Below, in pieces: positions 8,956 through 13,436 of a stretch of DNA of 13,436 bases. Each line of letters begins with the position of its first letter. Within the stretch, counting starts at the first letter, position 1. The translations under genes and the position numbers were made by a program. The stretch spans positions 1 to 13,436 of the forward strand of contig JBDRLB010000027.1 in NCBI GenBank assembly GCA_043813365.1, written 5' to 3'. Origin of the DNA: Candidatus Micrarchaeota archaeon. GTDB lineage: Archaea; Micrarchaeota; Micrarchaeia; Norongarragalinales; SBBD01. The notes beneath the pieces were generated by a model, which worked only from the letters and a program-made list of their open reading frames with translations, made no database searches and was not told the DNA's origin.

Positions 8956-8996
8956 AAGAATTTCACGCGCCGAGGAAATAGGATTCTCTCCTTACG

Positions 8997-9004
8997 TTTA
9001 TAAA
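8997..9004. promoter_or_regulatory. Palindromic TATA box (TTTATAAA) between divergent MBL and aIF5A genes
   Basis: Self-complementary TTTATAAA, about 42 nt from the MBL ATG and about 54 nt from the aIF5A ATG. Confidence 0.45.
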
Positions 9005-9057
9005 TATGCAGCTAGTAAATTTAGCAAAAAGGTATTCCTGATTTTTGGGTGAACTTA

Positions 9058-9459
9058 ATGGTTGACAAGATATATGGCTCAATGGGCGATCTGAAAGTTG
9101 GAAAATATGTGATAATCGACGATGTGCCTTGCCGCGTTATGTCTATTGACAAGAGCAAGCCGGGGAAGCATGGGGCTGCGAAAATGAACGTTGTTGCAAT
9201 TGGGATTTTTGACAATTCGAAGCGCTCGCTTATGAAACCATCTGATGCGGATGTGGAGATACCGATCATTGAAAGGAGGAGGGCGCAGGTTGTTGCGGTT
9301 ACGGGCTCCTCCGCGCAGCTTATGGACCTTGCAACTTACGAAACGTTCGAGGTCGAAGTGCCGGAGGACATGCGTTCGGAAGTGGAGAGCGGAAGGGAAA
9401 TTGAATATATGGAGACGATGGGAAGGAAACTGCTTCTTAGGGTCAGGGGAGAGGACTGA
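9058..9459 (+). CDS. eif5a: Translation factor aIF5A (eIF5A/EF-P family)
   Basis: SKPGKHGAAK hypusination motif, LKVGKYVIIDDVPCRV, AQLMDLATYETFE. SD GGGTGA at 9047-9052 supports the ATG at 9058 rather than the GTG at 9049. Confidence 0.97.
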   Translation: MVDKIYGSMGDLKVGKYVIIDDVPCRVMSIDKSKPGKHGAAKMNVVAIGIFDNSKRSLMKPSDADVEIPIIERRRAQVVAVTGSSAQLMDLATYETFEVEVPEDMRSEVESGREIEYMETMGRKLLLRVRGED

Positions 9460-9466
9460 TTTTTTT
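9460..9466 (+). terminator. Oligo-T terminator after aIF5A
   Basis: T7 run directly after the TGA. Confidence 0.45.
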
Positions 9467-9474
9467 CTGATTGG

Positions 9475-9903
9475 CTAAATGACAACGCTCCCACTCATGG
9501 TTGAGCATCCGCCTTGGGGAGTGCAGGAAGTGACCTTGAAATCGTAAGCGCCAGAGGGCCCGTTGAATGTCAGCGAATGGGATGTGACGTAATTGCTGTC
9601 ACGCAGGTTGCCCTGGGCGAGTCCGGCATATTGCAAGTAAGAATCGGCATTAATGTCGGTTTCCCACGTGACAAGGGCAGTGCCGAGTCCGGGAGCGGTA
9701 GGTAGCAGGTTGGATATTACCGGTGCCTTTCCGGGAATGGAAGCGAGCACATCGCCCAAAGTCGTCGTCTGGTTTTCAATATTGCTCTGGCTGGTGCTGA
9801 AAATATTCCCCCTAGTCAGGATTAGCACAATTGCAACAAAAGCCAGCACTCCGCCGACCATGAGCATGTACTCGAGCGAAGTTTGTGCGCGCTTTTTTTC
9901 CAT
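9475..9903 (-). CDS. Class III signal peptide (pilin-like) protein with fibronectin type III-like domain
   Basis: MEKKRA|QTSLEYMLMVGGVLAFVAIVLIL has canonical Q+1/E+5. The C-terminal PVISNL..ALVTWETDINADSYLQY..HSLTF..YDFKVTSC is Fn3-like. TTATAAAT at 9925-9932 (minus) supports the 9903 start over 9957. Confidence 0.85.
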   Translation of the reverse strand: MEKKRAQTSLEYMLMVGGVLAFVAIVLILTRGNIFSTSQSNIENQTTTLGDVLASIPGKAPVISNLLPTAPGLGTALVTWETDINADSYLQYAGLAQGNLRDSNYVTSHSLTFNGPSGAYDFKVTSCTPQGGCSTMSGSVVI

Positions 9904-9924
9904 GGAATTGGGTAGGGATTCCTG

Positions 9925-9932
9925 ATTTATAA
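9925..9932 (-). promoter_or_regulatory. TATA box for the pilin-like gene
   Basis: TTATAAAT about 21 nt upstream of the ATG at 9903, inside the 72-nt gap after the lonB-N stop. Confidence 0.5.
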
Positions 9933-9975
9933 TCATCACAGTGAAGGGGAAATTCAATGGCTACTTCCGGGATGC

Positions 9976-11163
9976 TCAATTTGCGATGAATACCCTCATC
10001 CCCTTGCGCAGTTTCCTTGCGGTTTTTTCCGAAGGGTTTGAGATGTATGAATGTTCGGGCGTTGTAACAAGCCGGTTTTTGCCGATTTTAAGCTCTACGA
10101 CTTTACCCCCATATGGCCTGCGGTTGATTATGAGCAGTTTTGCGGCCTTCGCCGAATTCCCCTTCCTTCCCCGGACCCTCGCTTTTTCCTTTTTCGGGAG
10201 CACGATCGCCTCATAGCCGTCCTCGCGCCTTTCAACAGGGTACTTGCCGGAATAATGGTTCCAGATGTTTTCAAGCGCCATGTTCTCCCCGTTAATCTCA
10301 ACTTTCGTTTTACCATCGAATGACTGGAACGGGTCGTGCTTCACATCGCCTAAAAGCGCTCCGGCTCTGGAGCCGGTCGCGTCCACAAAAGGGGCCTTTT
10401 TCTTGCCGGAATTATCAACAATCAGCTTGAAGCTCTCGCCCTGCTCGAACATCCTTCCCCTTCCCAATTGCATAGCGAAAATCATCGCAGCGCCCATCAT
10501 GAAAGTCCCTATTAGAAGCGCGGCAACTATGTTCACGGGAAAATATTTCGGCAGCACGTAAAGCCCTATCAGGAGGGAGAGCATCATGAAACCGATCATC
10601 ATGAAATTCGAGTTGCCGGCAGTCATGCGCGCTTCCATTCTTTCCGAACCAACCAGCTTCCTTCCTTCCCCGGCCTTCACGGATTTCACTTTGGGCATGT
10701 TGTCATCCTCCTTGTTTGCAATGACGAGGATGTCCTCTAGTTCCTGGATGGGTATGAGCTCTGCCATGGCCTGCGCAAGCATGCTCTTGCCGGTTCCGGG
10801 AGTGCCTACCAGAAGCACATTGCGTTTTTGAGTAGCCGCTTTCTTGATGACCTCTATTCCCCTTTCCTGACCGATCACCTGATCAATGAGCTGGTCGGAT
10901 ACGAGCACATCTGCGGTCGTGTTTATTTCCTCTAGGCTCTTGATCTGCCCTATGCGTTTGGCATTCTTGTTCGTCGGTGCGTTGAATTTTTTTTCTGCGG
11001 ATTTGCCGATTGTTGCGTTCGAAATGGGCTGTGCGGATTGCTTAGCAGCAGGCGTTTTCAGCATGGCAATGTTCTTCGCAGCCCTGGCGGCCCTTGGCGA
11101 ACCCATTCTTCCGGCTGTTGCATAAGCGTAGGCTGCCTTCCTTTTACGCATCCTCTTCCTCAT
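9976..11163 (-). CDS. lonB: Archaeal Lon protease LonB, N-terminal half only, fused to an N-terminal intein fragment (putative split gene)
   Basis: TTADV..LIDQVIGQE, Walker A GTPGTGKS (10783-10806), two TM helices and PFVDATGSRAGALLGDVKHDPFQ. Walker B and the Ser-Lys protease domain are absent. Start is uncertain (11187, 11163 or 11064). Confidence 0.9.
   Translation of the reverse strand: MRKRMRKRKAAYAYATAGRMGSPRAARAAKNIAMLKTPAAKQSAQPISNATIGKSAEKKFNAPTNKNAKRIGQIKSLEEINTTADVLVSDQLIDQVIGQERGIEVIKKAATQKRNVLLVGTPGTGKSMLAQAMAELIPIQELEDILVIANKEDDNMPKVKSVKAGEGRKLVGSERMEARMTAGNSNFMMIGFMMLSLLIGLYVLPKYFPVNIVAALLIGTFMMGAAMIFAMQLGRGRMFEQGESFKLIVDNSGKKKAPFVDATGSRAGALLGDVKHDPFQSFDGKTKVEINGENMALENIWNHYSGKYPVERREDGYEAIVLPKKEKARVRGRKGNSAKAAKLLIINRRPYGGKVVELKIGKNRLVTTPEHSYISNPSEKTARKLRKGMRVFIAN
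9979..10323 (-). mobile_element. Putative naturally split intein, N-fragment (IntN, 115 aa, Ser1)
   Basis: Begins right after HDPFQ with block A-like SFDGKTKVEI, has block B LVTTPEH (TxxH) and a KLRKGMRV strand, then TGA. No endonuclease, block F or block G, and no Lon C-extein follows in any frame before the next gene. Confidence 0.82.
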
Positions 11164-11255
11164 AATCAGACCAATTACCATTGTCATTCGGGGAATTAAA
11201 AAGCGTTTGGTTTTTGTACTGCCAGAAGCACAGGTTTGCTCCCTTCAACTCAGCG

Positions 11256-11293
11256 TATAAAAACCCTTTTTCCCTAATGTATGCCTCCGGTGA
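11256..11293 (+). promoter_or_regulatory. TATA box and Shine-Dalgarno for rtcB
   Basis: TATAAAAA at 11256-11263 and GGTGA at 11289-11293 ahead of the ATG at 11299. Confidence 0.55.
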
Positions 11294-11298
11294 TGCTT

Positions 11299-13436
11299 AT
11301 GGTTTTCAAGGAATACAAAACAGCTATTTATGAGACTGGAATCGAGGGCGCGATGAAGGTGCCGGTTCGCGCAGTCTCAACAAGGGAAATGCTGGATAAG
11401 ATGATGACAGACCGCACATTGGGGCAGGCGAAGAACGTGGCAAGCCTCCCGGGAATTTTGGAGGCGAGCTATGTGATGCCGGATGGGCATGAGGGGTATG
11501 GTTTCCCAATTGGGGGCGTTGCTGCCTTTGACCCGGACGAGGGAATCGTTTCACCCGGAGGAGTCGGGTATGACATAAATTGCCTAGCTGAAGGTACCAA
11601 AGTCAGGCATGCATTGGGATTCCATCTGCCTATCGAGGAATATAAGCGTTTTTTCCACAACTTCGACCAGTCCGGCTCTTATGAGATAAGTATAACCGGG
11701 ATGGGGATAAGTGTTCCCTCGCTTGACACGAGTTTGGGAAAGATCGGGAATAAGCGCTTGCTTGCATACATGGAAAAGAAAGCGGATAAGAGAATGCTTA
11801 AAATCCGTTCGAAAAATGGCTTTGAAATTATTTGCTCCGAGGATCACCCATTGCTGGCGAGGAATGGCATGTTGAATTCAGGGAGCTTTAAAATTGGGGA
11901 TGCGATAGGTGTAAAATATTTTGAAGGCACCCCGCTGGATGGGAAACTGGAATATGAAAAAGGCATCCTTGTAAAAATACTGGGATATCTATTCGGGGAT
12001 GGAACGCTGACTGTTTCCGGGAAAAAAGCGAGGGTAATTGCCTTCGGGAAGGAAACGGATCTGCTCGGCATGCAATCTGACCTTAAAAGCATCGGTATAA
12101 AATCCAGCTATTTCCTCAGGCAACGGAAAGGCAAAATCACATCGCAATATGGCACACGCGAATTCTACTCAAAGAGTGGGGAGCTGCACGTTTATTCCCA
12201 GGGGTTTGCAGAAAAGCTTATCGGATTAGGGATGCCTATCGGTAACAAGTCAGTGGGCAATTACGGAGTCCCAGAATGGATCATGGAAGCGCCAAAATGG
12301 GTCAAACGGCTGTTTTTGGGGGGATTTTTTGGCGCAGAGCTCTCTTCCCCGGCAACACATTCAAAAACCGGATTCTATTCGCCCATAATTTCGCAAAACA
12401 AGAATGAGGCAGCAATAGAATCGGGGCGCATTTTCCTCGGCCAGATTTTTCAGCTGCTGGCTGATTTCGGGATTGAGTGCACCAAAATCGCCCAGAGGGA
12501 GGAATTCCATAACAGGGCGGGAAAAACATGCAGGCTGAGGCTGGAAATCTCGGCGGATGAAAACAACCTGCTTAGGCTCTACCGGCTCGTCGGATTCGAA
12601 TACAACCAAAAAAGGCAGGGGCTTGCGGAAATTGCGTGCGCATACATAATTGGAAAGAAAAATGCGCAGAGGATGAGATCGGAAATATCGGCCAAAGTGA
12701 AGGCGTTCAAAATGAAAGGGTTCTCGCTTAAGGAGGCTCAAAAGCTACTTGTTGGCCCAGCGTCCAATCCGCGCTTTATTGAGAGGGCATATTACGAAGG
12801 GGTAGAGCCGAGAATAAACCTCGATCATATTTCTTTCGAAAAATATTCTGAGAGCGCATCAAAGGATTTGGACAAATATGGCTGCCTTTATGATGAAATA
12901 GCTGAAATCCAAGAACTCCCTTATGAAGGGAAAGTGTATGATTTCACAGTAGCGGAAACGCACAATTTCATTGCAAACGGCATTGTGGTTTCGAATTGTG
13001 GCGTCCGGCTCATCAGGACAAATTTGATGGAGAAGGATGTTAAGCCGAAATTGAAGCAGCTGATCAATTCGCTGTATGACAACGTGCCTTCGGGAGTGGG
13101 GAGCAAGAGCAAGGTGAGGCTGAACCCGCAGCAGTTGGAGGAGGCGGTTACGGATGGATTGGATTGGTCGCTGAAAAACGGGTATGCGACGCAGAAGGAT
13201 TTGGAGCATTGCGAGGAGAACGGCCATTTTGCCGAGAGCGACTATTCGAAAGTGTCCGACATGGCAAAGAAGAGGGGCGGGCCGCAGCTTGGAACATTGG
13301 GTGCGGGAAACCATTTCATGGAAGTGCAGAAAGTGGAGAAAATTTTCGACCCGGAAATTGCGAAGGCATTCGGGATTAAGGAGGAGGGGCAGATTACGGT
13401 GATGGTGCATTCCGGAAGCAGGGGATACGGGCATCA
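11299..13436 (+). CDS. rtcB: RNA-splicing ligase RtcB, intein-containing, 3' end beyond the window
   Basis: Hand translation is open from 11299 to the window end: MKVPVR, KNVASLPGI, MPDGHEGYGFPIGGVAAFD, VSPGGVGYDIN|intein|CGVRLIRT, VPSGVGS, QLGTLGAGNHFMEVQ, MVHSGSRGYGH. Confidence 0.97.
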   Translation, partial: MVFKEYKTAIYETGIEGAMKVPVRAVSTREMLDKMMTDRTLGQAKNVASLPGILEASYVMPDGHEGYGFPIGGVAAFDPDEGIVSPGGVGYDINCLAEGTKVRHALGFHLPIEEYKRFFHNFDQSGSYEISITGMGISVPSLDTSLGKIGNKRLLAYMEKKADKRMLKIRSKNGFEIICSEDHPLLARNGMLNSGSFKIGDAIGVKYFEGTPLDGKLEYEKGILVKILGYLFGDGTLTVSGKKARVIAFGKETDLLGMQSDLKSIGIKSSYFLRQRKGKITSQYGTREFYSKSGELHVYSQGFAEKLIGLGMPIGNKSVGNYGVPEWIMEAPKWVKRLFLGGFFGAELSSPATHSKTGFYSPIISQNKNEAAIESGRIFLGQIFQLLADFGIECTKIAQREEFHNRAGKTCRLRLEISADENNLLRLYRLVGFEYNQKRQGLAEIACAYIIGKKNAQRMRSEISAKVKAFKMKGFSLKEAQKLLVGPASNPRFIERAYYEGVEPRINLDHISFEKYSESASKDLDKYGCLYDEIAEIQELPYEGKVYDFTVAETHNFIANGIVVSNCGVRLIRTNLMEKDVKPKLKQLINSLYDNVPSGVGSKSKVRLNPQQLEEAVTDGLDWSLKNGYATQKDLEHCEENGHFAESDYSKVSDMAKKRGGPQLGTLGAGNHFMEVQKVEKIFDPEIAKAFGIKEEGQITVMVHSGSRGYGH
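11581..12996 (+). mobile_element. RtcB intein with LAGLIDADG homing endonuclease (472 aa)
   Basis: Block A CLAEGTKV, block B CSEDHP, block C ILGYLFGDG (11977-12003), block E FLGGFFGAEL (12313-12342), block F KVYDFTV, block G HNFIANGIVVSN followed by Cys+1. Removing it restores GYDIN-CGVR. Confidence 0.95.

Noticed and set aside
9904..9990. Frameshift or stop readthrough continuing the Lon intein
   Set aside because: Readthrough of TGA gives only ASRK then TAG. No frame in the 72-nt gap encodes block F/G or SGGL, and the downstream gene is an unrelated pilin-like protein with its own TATA box.
9979..9990. Terminal FIAN as intein block G, i.e. a complete mini-intein ending in Asn
   Set aside because: It resembles NFIANG, but there is no block F (VYD), no following G-x-x-x-[HKS]-N and no C-extein. 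It directly follows the strand that closes the N-terminal splicing region. An internal-deletion remnant cannot be fully excluded.
12880..12996. RtcB intein C-terminus acting as the partner for the Lon IntN
   Set aside because: It is part of a contiguous intein with its own N-region and is followed by RtcB sequence, so it could not restore Lon.
11324..13434. Short ORFs in the track across 11.3-13.4 kb, including the 191-aa minus-strand ORF
   Set aside because: They are shadows of the long plus-strand rtcB/intein frame, which the track omitted because it has no stop in the window.
1..13436. CRISPR array, tRNA/rRNA genes, IS elements
   Set aside because: No regularly spaced repeats, cloverleaf-like segments, transposase motifs or terminal inverted repeats were seen by eye, and intergenic gaps are all under about 140 nt. 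tRNAscan and Infernal were not run.

Overview
Gene-dense archaeal chromosomal window (~50% GC; rps6e, aIF5A, archaeal LonB, RtcB, class III signal-peptide proteins and GGTGA Shine-Dalgarno sites suggest a DPANN-type archaeon such as Micrarchaeota, by inference). Housekeeping genes (trpS, rps6e, aIF5A, a DGGGP-synthase-like UbiA prenyltransferase, an MBL hydrolase) are interleaved with surface genes: two pilin-like proteins, a TadC/T2SS-F membrane protein, two lipoproteins and a tandem DUF4352-like protein. The right end holds two head-to-head intein-bearing genes. rtcB (missed by the ORF track because it runs off the window) carries a complete 472-aa LAGLIDADG intein in front of its active-site Cys. 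The most striking feature is a LonB gene encoding only the N-terminal half (Walker A plus membrane anchor), fused at HDPFQ to a 115-aa, Ser1, cysteine-free N-terminal intein fragment that then stops. This looks like the N-half of a naturally split, trans-spliced Lon protease whose C-half is not in this window.
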